Part shown: positions 1 through 9,433 of the stretch, piece after piece
How positions within the stretch are numbered: the first letter of the stretch is position 1
Layout: the number at the start of each line of letters is the position of its first letter
NCBI GenBank assembly: GCA_905200775.1
Contig: CAJKLQ010000001.1
Coordinates: forward strand, 1 to 51,087
Source: Candidatus Avelusimicrobium alvi
GTDB lineage: Bacteria > Elusimicrobiota > Elusimicrobia > Elusimicrobiales > Elusimicrobiaceae
Direction: 5' to 3'
DNA length: 51,087 bases
Position numbers and translations under genes: made by a program
Notes under the pieces: generated by a model
What the model was told of the DNA's origin: nothing
Database searches by the model: none
What the model saw: the letters and a program-made list of their open reading frames with translations, nothing else

Positions 1-48
1 GCCTCGTTCGCAACGAGGAGGTCGTCGGTTCGATCCCGATCACGTCCA
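1..48 (+). tRNA. tRNA-Ala(CGC), 3' part (5' end outside window)
   Basis: Anticodon arm CCTCG-TTCGCAA-CGAGG, T-arm GTCGG-TTCGATC-CCGAT, acceptor 3' strand CACGTCC-A with U70 (G3:U70 Ala identity); CCA not encoded. Confidence 0.9.
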
Positions 49-56
49 AATTTAAC

Positions 57-78
57 ACCCCGCCTTGGCGGGGTTTTT
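57..78 (+). terminator. Intrinsic terminator after tRNA-Ala (copies at ~170-191 and 421-442)
   Basis: ACCCCGCC-TT-GGCGGGGT followed by T run. Confidence 0.8.
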
Positions 79-281
79 AATTTTACGCGGCGAGGCGCAT
101 TTCGCTTCCGAAGAGAGCAGAGGAGGTCGGTCGTCGTTCTTCGCCTTCCTGCTCACGTCCAAATTTAAAACCCCGCCTTGGCGGGGTTTTTAATTTTACA
201 CGGCGAGGCGCGTTTCGCTTCCGAAGAGAGCGGGGGAGGTCGGTCGTCGTTTTTCGCCTTCCTGCTCACGTCCACCATTTA

Positions 282-309
282 AAAAGCTCCTCGTCAGAGG
301 GGCTTTTTT
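282..309 (+). terminator. Different intrinsic terminator in the third repeat unit
   Basis: AAAAGCTCCTC-GTCA-GAGGGGCTTTTT. Confidence 0.7.
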
Positions 310-553
310 AATGGAAGAAGGACAGTCTCCGACGTTTTGTCTCAGGCGCATTTCGCTTCCGAAGAGAGCGGAGGAGGTTGGTCGTCGTTCTTCGCTCTCC
401 TGCTTATGTCCAAATTTAACACCCCGCCTTGGCGGGGTTTTTAATTTTACGCGGCGAGGCGCATTTCGCTTCCGAAGAGAGCGGGCGGGATTGTTCCCTG
501 TCCGCCGAACAACATTACAGAGGAAAAGCCTTGAAAAACACAGAGGGAAAGTC

Positions 554-582
554 TTGAAAAACGGGAATCTTTAGGCTATACT
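554..582 (+). promoter_or_regulatory. sigma70-type promoter for the secreted metalloprotease gene
   Basis: TTGAAA (554-559), 17-nt spacer, TATACT (577-582). Confidence 0.65.
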
Positions 583-655
583 ATCCTTATGCATCCGGTG
601 TAAAAGCGCCTTGGGCGGGTTTTGCGGCGGAGTTATTTGTTTATTGGAAAACACT

Positions 656-3166
656 ATGAAAAAATTTATTGTATTTATCTGCTGTTGTTTGGCGTCCTCT
701 TATGCCGGGGCATGGGGGCTGTTGGACAACTTAGTGTCTTTTGACGGGGACCGGTATGTGTATAAGAAATCTTTTTTGTATCACGTGCTTACCCGCCCGT
801 CTGACAAAATCCGCGTTTGCGTCAGCACCGAAGGCACCAGCACCGACCCGAGACGCCAAAAAATTACGCGGGATTACTTTCTTACGTCCACCCAGCAGGC
901 TTTGGATGCCTGGCTTGCCAAAACCCGTTCCGCGCTGGGGGTGGCTGCGCGCCAAAATCCCGTTCCCGATAAAAAGTCCAAAAAGAAACAAAAAAACACT
1001 CCGCCCGCCGTTTCTTCGGTGCCGGACCGTACCGGCGAATTTGCCGACCTGCTGGCCTGGCTTCCCCGCCGCATTGAATTGCAGCTGGTGAACCCCAACG
1101 GCGAGGACTGCGACAAAGAAAAAAAGGGCAGTTATGATTTGCGCATTAGGTCTTTGGGAAATATGGAGTATGGATCGGCGATAAGCACTTACTCCCACAA
1201 GCGCGGCCACGCCGGTGCGATAAAAGGCGTCTATCAGGGTGCCAAAAACGTATGGGAGCTGGCCCTTCCGGGCAATGACGGCTATACCCGGCAGCAGATT
1301 GAACTGGAAGAAGCCCGCCGGCAAGGCAGAAGTTTTGGTTCCGGTTACGTTACGGATTATTCCATGAAGACCGTAACCCAGCACGAAGTGGGGCATTTGC
1401 TGGGCCTGGCTGATTTGTATACGTCGTCCAATCCGGCGGCCCAAAATATAGACGGGTTTTATTCGCTTTTGCGGGTAGAGCCCCGTTCGGCGGTTGTCGG
1501 CGGCGCAAAAGCGGTGATGAATAAGGCCGACGGCATATCCTGCGATGATATAGAAGGTTTCATCAACGCCGTGGATTTTGTGCAGGCTATGGATGGGAAA
1601 ACCTCCAAACGTCTGCAAAGCGGCTGGAAAAGCCTGTGCGCCAAGCCGTATATTTATCTGCAGGGCGCGCCCGCAAAAGACGAACAGGATTTGGAAGCGC
1701 TGCGCGCTCAGTTAAAGGAGTGGAAAAACTCCGCCGGCATTGCGGCGCAGATTAACGAAACCGCGCGGGAATGGAATGAGTATTTGGAAAAAGTGAGAAC
1801 CGCACGCGACGAAACCTTTGACAAATTATACCGCCGCCGGGCACTCGGTCAGGAATTAGATAAAGAGGGGCTCATCCTTTCGGCCGAATATAATTATTTA
1901 AGCCAAAAAGCGGAAAAAATTGAAGCCGTCATCAATGAAAAAATAGCTCCTGCCCAAAAAGCGGCCCGCACCCGCCGGACGCTTTTCCCTCAGGATGTAT
2001 CGTCGCTGGCGGCTCAGCTGGCGCCGTATAAGGAAAAATACGGACCGGATACGGCCGTGCTGGATCCCAGGGGTATTTTTACCGCGGTTCCGCTGGCGGA
2101 TGATTTCCCGGACAAACTGTACCCTTGTTTGGTGTGCGGAAAGCCGGTGGGGCGGGACGGATACGTGCAGACTGCACGCTCCGGCTCCAGAGAATACCCT
2201 TTTCATATACATTTTGCCTGTGAGGACCAGCAAAAAGCCAATCTGGGCAAGCTGACGCATTACAAACATAAGCCTTCCCGGCGCAAAGTGCCTACCTGGG
2301 GCGAGCTGACCTCCGCGCCAAACCCCGAGCTGGCACAGCTCTCCGGAATGGCGGCGCGCATGAATCAGGAACTTGCCCTGCCGGATCTGTCCGGTTTAAC
2401 TCCGCGGGCGGGTTCCGGCCCCGCCGTGCGGCTGAATACCGCCACCCTTGCCGGCGGAAGAACCACCGCCGGTGCGGGCGTGAAGAAAAAACCCGTCCGT
2501 TCCGCTTCGGAAGCAAGGCCCGCTGCAAATACTTCCGCGGCCGCCGTACCGCCCAAGCCGGATAAATCCGCCGTGCCGGCGCGTCCGTCCGCGCCCGCCG
2601 TTACGGAGCCGGCGGAACAGGCGGCCCCCAAAGCCGTGTGTGAAGTATGCGGCAAAGAAATGGCGGCCGGAACATATTACACCGATTCGGTGGGCCGTAC
2701 GGTGCATAAGCATTCCGAATGCGCCTACCGCTATTTCAAACGCTTTCATAAAACGGATGATAAAAATCTTTCCCGCTACGAGGATTATTACTTTTTCAGC
2801 GTCCCGCAGGACGTCGTGCAGGCCAAGGCCGATATGCGCAAGCTGGACTTGACGGTGGCCGACATTCGCCGCTACGCGTCGCAGGAAGCGGATAAAGCGC
2901 GCCGCCTGCAGGAAGAGCTGGCCCAGCAAAAACAGGCCGAACAGGTCCGCGCGCAGGACGCCGAAAAATGCCGCTTTTACGTGCACGTAACGCTGAAAGA
3001 CATTCAGGTATTTTCCGAGGATAACCAAAAAACGCTTCAGAGCGTGCGCAAAAAAGAAAGCGTCGGAAGGCCGCTGTCTAAAAAAGAGGCTTTAGTCAAA
3101 CGCAATTACGACCAGCTGAACGAAAATTATAAACTCAGCGAGTACTGCAAAGCCCGGAACCTCTAA
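656..3166 (+). CDS. Secreted metzincin-type zinc metalloprotease with coiled-coil, Pro/Ala-rich linker and two CxxC...HxxC modules
   Basis: Signal peptide MKKFIVFICCCLASSYAGA (start moved to ATG 656); HEVGHLLGLAD (HExxHxxGxxD) with a downstream candidate Met-turn (AVMN). Confidence 0.75.
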   Translation: MKKFIVFICCCLASSYAGAWGLLDNLVSFDGDRYVYKKSFLYHVLTRPSDKIRVCVSTEGTSTDPRRQKITRDYFLTSTQQALDAWLAKTRSALGVAARQNPVPDKKSKKKQKNTPPAVSSVPDRTGEFADLLAWLPRRIELQLVNPNGEDCDKEKKGSYDLRIRSLGNMEYGSAISTYSHKRGHAGAIKGVYQGAKNVWELALPGNDGYTRQQIELEEARRQGRSFGSGYVTDYSMKTVTQHEVGHLLGLADLYTSSNPAAQNIDGFYSLLRVEPRSAVVGGAKAVMNKADGISCDDIEGFINAVDFVQAMDGKTSKRLQSGWKSLCAKPYIYLQGAPAKDEQDLEALRAQLKEWKNSAGIAAQINETAREWNEYLEKVRTARDETFDKLYRRRALGQELDKEGLILSAEYNYLSQKAEKIEAVINEKIAPAQKAARTRRTLFPQDVSSLAAQLAPYKEKYGPDTAVLDPRGIFTAVPLADDFPDKLYPCLVCGKPVGRDGYVQTARSGSREYPFHIHFACEDQQKANLGKLTHYKHKPSRRKVPTWGELTSAPNPELAQLSGMAARMNQELALPDLSGLTPRAGSGPAVRLNTATLAGGRTTAGAGVKKKPVRSASEARPAANTSAAAVPPKPDKSAVPARPSAPAVTEPAEQAAPKAVCEVCGKEMAAGTYYTDSVGRTVHKHSECAYRYFKRFHKTDDKNLSRYEDYYFFSVPQDVVQAKADMRKLDLTVADIRRYASQEADKARRLQEELAQQKQAEQVRAQDAEKCRFYVHVTLKDIQVFSEDNQKTLQSVRKKESVGRPLSKKEALVKRNYDQLNENYKLSEYCKARNL

Positions 3167-3186
3167 ATCCGGTTTCACTTTACTCC

Positions 3187-3213
3187 AAGCCCCCTTTTGC
3201 AGGGGGCTTTTTT
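3187..3213 (+). terminator. Intrinsic terminator
   Basis: AAGCCCCCT-TTTGC-AGGGGGCTT plus T run. Confidence 0.8.
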
Positions 3214-3261
3214 GCCGGGGGGACATAGCTGCCGCCCTTATAAAATGCTAAAATTAATCAT

Positions 3262-4491
3262 ATGGCTAAACTAGTACGCGGGTTTAGAGATATCTTTGAA
3301 CCCCAATCCAAAAATTTTACCGAACTGGAAAACTGCGCCCGCGGCGTGTTTTCTCTTTACGGGTTTGGCGAACTGCGCCTGCCCACCGTGGAGCTTAAAG
3401 AGCTTTTCGTCAAATCCACCGGCGAAACCACCGATATCGTGCAAAAAGAAATGTACGCGTTTGAAGACGCGGGGCACCGCTCTCTGGCCATCCGCCCCGA
3501 AGGCACCCCCGGCGTGGTGCGCGCGTATCTGGAAAATAATTTTACGCAAAACGCGCCCGTGCAGAAATTTTACTATATCGGCAATATGTTCCGGGCCGAA
3601 CGCCCGCAGGCGGGCCGCTACCGCGAGTTTGAACAAATCGGCGCGGAATACATCGGCAATTCAGCTCCGGCGGCGGACGCGGAAGTGATTTTGATGTTAA
3701 AAGACATCGTATCTTCTTTCGGCGCCAAAAATTACAAAGTAAAAATCAACAGCCTGGGGTGCGACAAATGCCGCCCGCTTTACCGCCGGGCGCTGATTGA
3801 TTTTTTGGCCAAAGAAAAAGACACGCTGTGCGAAAACTGCCAGACGCGTCTGGAAAAAAATCCCCTGCGCGTATTGGACTGCAAAATTGACGGCGCGCGT
3901 TTTGCCGGCCGCGTTCCCACGATGGAGCTCTGCCCCGAGTGCCGGGAACATTTTGATGCGGTGCAGGCGCTGTTAAAAGGCAAAATTGATTTTGAAGTGG
4001 ACCCGATGCTCGTGCGCGGGCTGGATTATTATTCCCGTACGGTGTTTGAATTTCAGGCGGGGGACGCTTCGCAAAACGCCATTGCGGCGGGCGGACGGTA
4101 CGATACGCTGGTGAAAAATATGGGCGGCCCGGCCACCCCGGCCATCGGCTGGGCGATGGGCGCGGAGCGCGTCATTATGGCGCGCGGCGAGAAAGAACAG
4201 CCCAAACAAAAAAGCGTGTACGTCGTATCTTTGGAAAAAGCCTGCAACGAAACGGCGTTTAATTTAATGCAGTCCCTGCGTGCGTCGGGCGTAAAAACCG
4301 AAGGCGGCCTGTTTGACAAAAACGTAAAAGGCCAAATGAAGCAGGCGGACCGCTGCGGCGCGTCTTACGCGCTGATTCTGGGCGGGGACGAGCTGGCCAA
4401 GCGCGCCGTTACCCTTAAAGACCTGACGACGGGCGAACAAAAACAAATTCCTTTTGAAGCATTAACTGACGAGGTAAAAAAACTGGTATGA
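3262..4491 (+). CDS. hisS: Histidine--tRNA ligase
   Basis: RPEGT, FRAERPQAGRYREFEQ, LVRGLDYY, GGRYD motifs. Confidence 0.98.
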   Translation: MAKLVRGFRDIFEPQSKNFTELENCARGVFSLYGFGELRLPTVELKELFVKSTGETTDIVQKEMYAFEDAGHRSLAIRPEGTPGVVRAYLENNFTQNAPVQKFYYIGNMFRAERPQAGRYREFEQIGAEYIGNSAPAADAEVILMLKDIVSSFGAKNYKVKINSLGCDKCRPLYRRALIDFLAKEKDTLCENCQTRLEKNPLRVLDCKIDGARFAGRVPTMELCPECREHFDAVQALLKGKIDFEVDPMLVRGLDYYSRTVFEFQAGDASQNAIAAGGRYDTLVKNMGGPATPAIGWAMGAERVIMARGEKEQPKQKSVYVVSLEKACNETAFNLMQSLRASGVKTEGGLFDKNVKGQMKQADRCGASYALILGGDELAKRAVTLKDLTTGEQKQIPFEALTDEVKKLV

Positions 4492-6236
4492 AACGAACAA
4501 CTTACTGCGGGGAAGTTACGGCTTCCCTGCTCGGCACCAAACAAACCCTGTGCGGCTGGGTGAACTCCTACCGCGACCACGGGGGGGTGCTTTTTATTGA
4601 CTTACGAGACCGCAGCGGCGTATGCCAAATCGTAGTGGAGCCTGCAAGACCGTTTTTTAACGAAGCCGCCGCCGCGCGCAGTGAATACGTCATTGAAGTT
4701 ACCGGCACGGTTCAGCGGCGCATTGAAGGCGCGGTCAATAAAAATATGAAAACCGGCGAAGTGGAGCTGGTGGCGGAAGAATTCAAAGTGCTGAATACTT
4801 CCATCCCGCTTCCGTTTGACGTGGAAAAATCCCGCGCCGTAGCCGAGGAAATCCGTTTAAAATACCGCTACCTGGATTTGCGCAACCCCAAAATGTACGC
4901 CAATTTGCTCCTGCGCCACCGTATTGCCCAAGCCGCGCGCCGCTACCTGGACGCAAACGGATTTTTGGAAGTGGAAACGCCCGTTTTAACGCGTTCTACG
5001 CCGGAAGGCGCGCGCGATTATCTCGTGCCGTCCCGCGTGCACCACGGCGAATTTTACGCCCTGCCGCAAAGCCCCCAGATGTTTAAGCAAACTTTAATGG
5101 CCAGCGGCGTGGACCGCTACTTCCAGCTGGCGCGGTGCTTCCGCGACGAAGACCTGCGCGCAGACCGCCAGCCGGAACACACGCAGATTGATATGGAAAT
5201 GTCCTTCGTTACGATTGACGACATCCACGAAATCGTGGAAGGGCTGATGAAAGAAATTTTCAAAACCGCCGGCAAAGAGCTGACGGTTCCGTTCCCGAAA
5301 CTTTCTTTTCACGACGCGATGGAAAAATACGGTTCCGACAAGCCGGACCTGCGCTACAGCCTGGAAATGAAAAATGTGTCGGACGTATTTAAAAACACCG
5401 GGTTTAAAGTGTTTAAAGACGTGCTGGAAGCCGGCGGCGGCATTTACGCGCTGCGCGGCGAAAAAGGCGCGGCGTATTCCCGCGGACACTTTGACAAGCT
5501 GACCGAGCTCGCCAAAAAGAACGGCGCGAAAGGGCTGGTGTGGCTGAAACTCAAAGACGGCAAATTTGAAGGGCCGTCCGCCAAGTTCTTTACCGAAGAA
5601 GAAATGAACGCCGTCAAAACCGCCGTGGGCGCGCAGGAAGGCGATGCGCTGCTTATCGGAAGCGACGTGAAGCGTGCCGTCTGCCAGTCGTTTATGGGCG
5701 CGCTCAGAAAAGAACTGGTAAAAGACCTGCCGCGCGAAAGCGAGTGGGCTTTTGTGTGGATTACCAACTTCCCGCTGTTGGAATATATCCCGGAAGAAGA
5801 CCGCTGGGACGCGGCCCACAACCCGTTTACCGCCCCGGTGGAAGAAGATTTGCCCAAACTGGAAAGCGACCCCGGTTCCGTCCGCTCGTATCAGTTTGAT
5901 CTGGTGCTTAACGGCAACGAGCTGGCCTCCGGCTCCGTGCGCAACTGCCGCCGCGACGTGCAGGAGCGCATCCTGGCGCTGATGAAACACTCCAAGGAAG
6001 AAGCCGCCCGGCGTTTTGGTATGCTGTTAAACGCGCTGGAAGCCGGCGCGCCTCCGCACGGAGGCATTGGCCTGGGACTGGACCGCATTACGGCGCTTTT
6101 GGCGGGGGAAGATTCCATCCGCGAAGTGATTGCGTTCCCCAAAACGGCGCAGGCCGTCTGCCCGCTGACCGAGTCCCCCAATACGGTGGACGAGGCCCAG
6201 TTAAAAGACTTGGGCATCCAAATTGCCAAAGAGTAA
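4488..6236 (+). CDS. aspS: Aspartate--tRNA ligase (probably non-discriminating Asp/Asn)
   Basis: FIDLRDRSG, STPEGARDYLVPSR, LPQSPQMFKQ, CFRDEDLRADRQPE, PPHGGIGLGLDR. Confidence 0.98.
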   Translation: MKRTTYCGEVTASLLGTKQTLCGWVNSYRDHGGVLFIDLRDRSGVCQIVVEPARPFFNEAAAARSEYVIEVTGTVQRRIEGAVNKNMKTGEVELVAEEFKVLNTSIPLPFDVEKSRAVAEEIRLKYRYLDLRNPKMYANLLLRHRIAQAARRYLDANGFLEVETPVLTRSTPEGARDYLVPSRVHHGEFYALPQSPQMFKQTLMASGVDRYFQLARCFRDEDLRADRQPEHTQIDMEMSFVTIDDIHEIVEGLMKEIFKTAGKELTVPFPKLSFHDAMEKYGSDKPDLRYSLEMKNVSDVFKNTGFKVFKDVLEAGGGIYALRGEKGAAYSRGHFDKLTELAKKNGAKGLVWLKLKDGKFEGPSAKFFTEEEMNAVKTAVGAQEGDALLIGSDVKRAVCQSFMGALRKELVKDLPRESEWAFVWITNFPLLEYIPEEDRWDAAHNPFTAPVEEDLPKLESDPGSVRSYQFDLVLNGNELASGSVRNCRRDVQERILALMKHSKEEAARRFGMLLNALEAGAPPHGGIGLGLDRITALLAGEDSIREVIAFPKTAQAVCPLTESPNTVDEAQLKDLGIQIAKE

Positions 6237-6264
6237 AAAAAGCCCCGCTTCGGCGGGGTTTTTT
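6237..6264 (+). terminator. Intrinsic terminator
   Basis: AGCCCCGC-TTCG-GCGGGGTT-TTTT. Confidence 0.85.
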
Positions 6265-6459
6265 ATGCGTTGTTTGGGGATAAATCGGCCGGGCAAATTG
6301 GAGTGTTCTGTTCTATGTACCGGCGGCAGTGCTGCTTAGTGGGATAAAGTGTACGCCGTGCAGCTTCGCCAATCAGTTGGGCGCGCATAGAAAAGCGTGG
6401 ACGGCACGTCCCTCGGAAAAAGGAATGACAAAGAAGCCCATTTGGGGTATAATGAGATT

Positions 6460-7518
6460 ATGAAAACATCCCGTTTACTGATTCCCGCACTTGTTTCGTT
6501 TTGTTTTTTCGCCTGCACGCCGCCGGAAGAGGACGTGCACCCCAAGCGCCGTTCTTCCCGCGCGGATAATTTACAGCGTTATATGACAAAAGCACAAGAG
6601 GTCCGCGCGCTCGCGCAGGCGCGTTCCAAGCCGCTGGTCAGCGGGCCGCTTATCCCGTCAGACAGCCTGAAAGAATACCTGCCCAAAACGCCGGATCACC
6701 GCGTCTCGCAGCAAATTGTTACCCAGAAAAATACGCTTCAGGCCGCCGTGCGCGAAGCCGCCGCCCGCCGCGCCGGGGAGAAGGCTTCCGTCCTGTTGAC
6801 CCAATTTAGGGACGACGCCGTCCAGGCCGCTCTTTCCTCCCAGTCGCCGCAGGAGTTATCGGCCAAACTGCAGGATTTAACCGCGCAGTATTCCCAAAAA
6901 CTTTCCGACTTTACGCAGGAAGAGGAAGCGGAAACCTGGTCCCGCCCCGATGCGGAGCAAAGCCGTTTTTCGCGTCAGGTGCTGCGGGACGGCTCCCGCC
7001 GCCTGCGTGAAGGTATCGCGCGCGATTACGGTTCTTTATGCGCCCAAAAGGCCGAGCCTGTTTTGCAAAAAGCGGCGGACGATTACTGGCTGGCCCTTTC
7101 CTCCGTGCCCACCCCCGAAGACGCCGAGCGGGAACTGACCCGCGTGGGGGACGAGGCCGACGCGGCCTTTGCCGCCGTGGTGGAAGAATACGGCGACCCG
7201 CTGACCTCTTTTTCGGAAGCGGACGCGGCCGCCCTGCGCGCGCGTTTGATTGCGGCGCATCAGGAAATTGAAGCGCAGTTTGAAAAACTATACGGTAAAG
7301 AAGCCGTCCTGCAAACGCGTGATATTTTTGAGAAATACAAAAACGGGGCGGACGCGCTGGTGCGCCAGCCGGGCCGCCTGAGCCACAAACTGGAACAGTT
7401 GGATGCGCTGGGCGCGGCCTACCGCGAACAGATGACCGCTCTTCAGGTGCGCTTAAACGGCGAGCTGGAACGCAAAGCCGCCGCCGCGCGCGGGATGCCG
7501 CTGGCCGCCGCCAAATAA
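6460..7518 (+). CDS. Hypothetical lipoprotein, alpha-helical repeats
   Basis: Start moved to ATG 6460; signal peptide with lipobox-like FFAC; repeated YG-containing helical module. Confidence 0.75.
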   Translation: MKTSRLLIPALVSFCFFACTPPEEDVHPKRRSSRADNLQRYMTKAQEVRALAQARSKPLVSGPLIPSDSLKEYLPKTPDHRVSQQIVTQKNTLQAAVREAAARRAGEKASVLLTQFRDDAVQAALSSQSPQELSAKLQDLTAQYSQKLSDFTQEEEAETWSRPDAEQSRFSRQVLRDGSRRLREGIARDYGSLCAQKAEPVLQKAADDYWLALSSVPTPEDAERELTRVGDEADAAFAAVVEEYGDPLTSFSEADAAALRARLIAAHQEIEAQFEKLYGKEAVLQTRDIFEKYKNGADALVRQPGRLSHKLEQLDALGAAYREQMTALQVRLNGELERKAAAARGMPLAAAK

Positions 7519-7524
7519 AATTTT

Positions 7525-9312
7525 ATGGAAAAAAACAGACAGCTTTTTCAATTGGGATTTTTAATCGTGGTGCTGCTGGCCCTGGGGCTGGCTTTGCTGC
7601 GCACCACTTCCTATTCGCCCGCTGCGGATGCTTCCGGCCGGTCGGCCCGGGAACGTGCCGCGGAGGCGGAACGCCTCTCTATGGAAGCGCTTAAAAACGA
7701 AGAAATTTTAGGCGTACCGGCCGGCCGGGACGGCACGCTTACCAAAGAACAAAAGCGCGCGCTGGCCGTCCAGCGTTACGTGCGCCGCCCGGATTTGTCT
7801 TTAAACGCCAATGATTATACGCTGGATACGCAGGCCGTCGGCCGCAATCCGTACGCTTCTCTGCCGGGCACCTCGGTGGGGGATTCTTCTTCCGGTTCGT
7901 ACCGCGCCAAAGGGCTTTCCGCCGCCGACTACGGCAAATACCGGGGTTCAGCCGGTTCATCCGCAGGCGCGGCGGCGGGGGCTTCTTCGCAGGCGCCCGG
8001 CGTTTACCGCCCGGGCGTGCAGGAGCAGATGCTGGCCGAGCGGGAACGCGCTTTTTCGCCGTTTATGGCGGCTATGAATAAAGAACAGCACAAGAAGCTG
8101 GAAAGCCAGTTAAAGGGCCTTTCTTCCGGGATTGACCGCGCCGTGGCCAGGGCGCTGCTGCCGAAAAGCAAGAAGGACGCGAATATTGAAAAATATCTCC
8201 AGCGCAACGCCTCGCCCGAAGCGGCCGCCGCAGGGCCGTTTGCGCCCGTGCTGGAACAGGTGGCCGCCCAAAAAGCCGGCGTGGTAAACAGTATGGGGCA
8301 GGCGTTTGGCCCGCAGGCCGCCAAAGAGGCCGGCCAGGTGATGAACTCGTTTCAACAAGAAATGAGCGCCGCCGTTACCGCGCCGGGACAGACGCCCCAG
8401 CAGATTGCGGACAAAGTGAAAGCCGTTACCCAAAAGTATGAGCAGAAACTCCAAAAAATGACGGAAGACAACGGCTTTAGACAGTTTGAACAGGAACGTC
8501 TGGCCAAAGACAATCTGTTAAAACAGGAATTGGCCAAACAATACGGCGCGGATTTTGCGGCCCTGGCGGGCGAAAAGATTGACGCCGCCCGCGAGAAAGA
8601 TATGCTGCTTGCGCGCCAGGGGCTTCCGGCCGAGGAGTATTACAAACAGCAGCTGGCTAACCAGCGCGAACGTAGAAAAGCGATTGAAGATTTGCTGGCG
8701 CAAAGCGGCAAGTCCACCAAAGGGCTGTTTGCGGCGGAAGACGAAGTGGAACGCCGGGATGTGGAGCAGAAACTCAAAGACGAGGAAGAGGGCAAAACGC
8801 TGGGCAGAAGCTACAGAGCCGGTGAAAAAGAACTGGCGGCGATTGACCAGTCCCTTACCCAGGAACGCGATGAAAAACTCCGTACCGCCGGGGAAGTGTA
8901 CGGCGAAGAGGGGGCGCGCCGCGTGGACGGAATTTATCAAAAGTATTACGACGAATATATGAAAATCTGGACGGACCCGGATTCTTCCAAAACGGCTAAA
9001 CAGCAGGCTTCCATGAAGCTGCGCCAGGACGTAAACCGCCAGCTGGAACAAGTGCAGAACGAACCGCAGATGCGGCAGGCGCGCTTGGAGCGGCAGGTGG
9101 AAAGCTCGCTCTCCCAGCTGATGCAGGACCCGGGTGTCTCACGCGCGTCGGCCACGCAGAAAGCCGCGCTGGAAGAAAAAGCGCGCCCCATACTGCGCGA
9201 AATGTACGAGCGCGTAAACGATATTTTGGCCTCGGACCTGCCGGACGCCGAAAAGCAAAGACGCATTGAAGCCGTCCAGGCGCAGGCCCAGCGCAAGCTT
9301 TCGGGCCAGTAA
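7525..9312 (+). CDS. Hypothetical membrane-anchored alpha-helical repeat protein
   Basis: N-terminal TM segment, Ser/Gly/Ala linker, ~4 helical repeats; 6 nt after the previous gene. Confidence 0.8.
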   Translation: MEKNRQLFQLGFLIVVLLALGLALLRTTSYSPAADASGRSARERAAEAERLSMEALKNEEILGVPAGRDGTLTKEQKRALAVQRYVRRPDLSLNANDYTLDTQAVGRNPYASLPGTSVGDSSSGSYRAKGLSAADYGKYRGSAGSSAGAAAGASSQAPGVYRPGVQEQMLAERERAFSPFMAAMNKEQHKKLESQLKGLSSGIDRAVARALLPKSKKDANIEKYLQRNASPEAAAAGPFAPVLEQVAAQKAGVVNSMGQAFGPQAAKEAGQVMNSFQQEMSAAVTAPGQTPQQIADKVKAVTQKYEQKLQKMTEDNGFRQFEQERLAKDNLLKQELAKQYGADFAALAGEKIDAAREKDMLLARQGLPAEEYYKQQLANQRERRKAIEDLLAQSGKSTKGLFAAEDEVERRDVEQKLKDEEEGKTLGRSYRAGEKELAAIDQSLTQERDEKLRTAGEVYGEEGARRVDGIYQKYYDEYMKIWTDPDSSKTAKQQASMKLRQDVNRQLEQVQNEPQMRQARLERQVESSLSQLMQDPGVSRASATQKAALEEKARPILREMYERVNDILASDLPDAEKQRRIEAVQAQAQRKLSGQ

Positions 9313-9335
9313 ATGATAATTTGTTTTTAGATATG

Positions 9336-9370
9336 AAAATCCCCGGGTTAAAAACGGCCCGGGGTTTTTT
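9336..9370 (+). terminator. Intrinsic terminator between convergent genes
   Basis: AAAATCCCCGGGT...GCCCGGGGTTTTTT. Confidence 0.7.
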
Positions 9371-9433
9371 ATAAACGGGTTTTAAAAGCGCCCGGCGAAT
9401 CGGCGGGTGTAGTTTGCGAGGGCCGCAGACGGC

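Larger units (their letters stand above)
40..484 (+). repeat. tRNA-linked tandem repeat, ~113-bp unit, ~4 copies
   Basis: TCACGTCC at 40, 153, 266 (variant TTATGTCC at 404); AGGCGC(A/G)TTTCGCTTCCGAAGAGAGC at 93, 206, 344, 457. Confidence 0.95.

Noticed and set aside
40..484. CRISPR array
   Set aside because: Units are near-identical over ~113 bp with no unique spacers, and there are no cas genes
311..574. 87-aa ORF
   Set aside because: It runs through the tRNA-linked repeat and a terminator and has no protein-like signature
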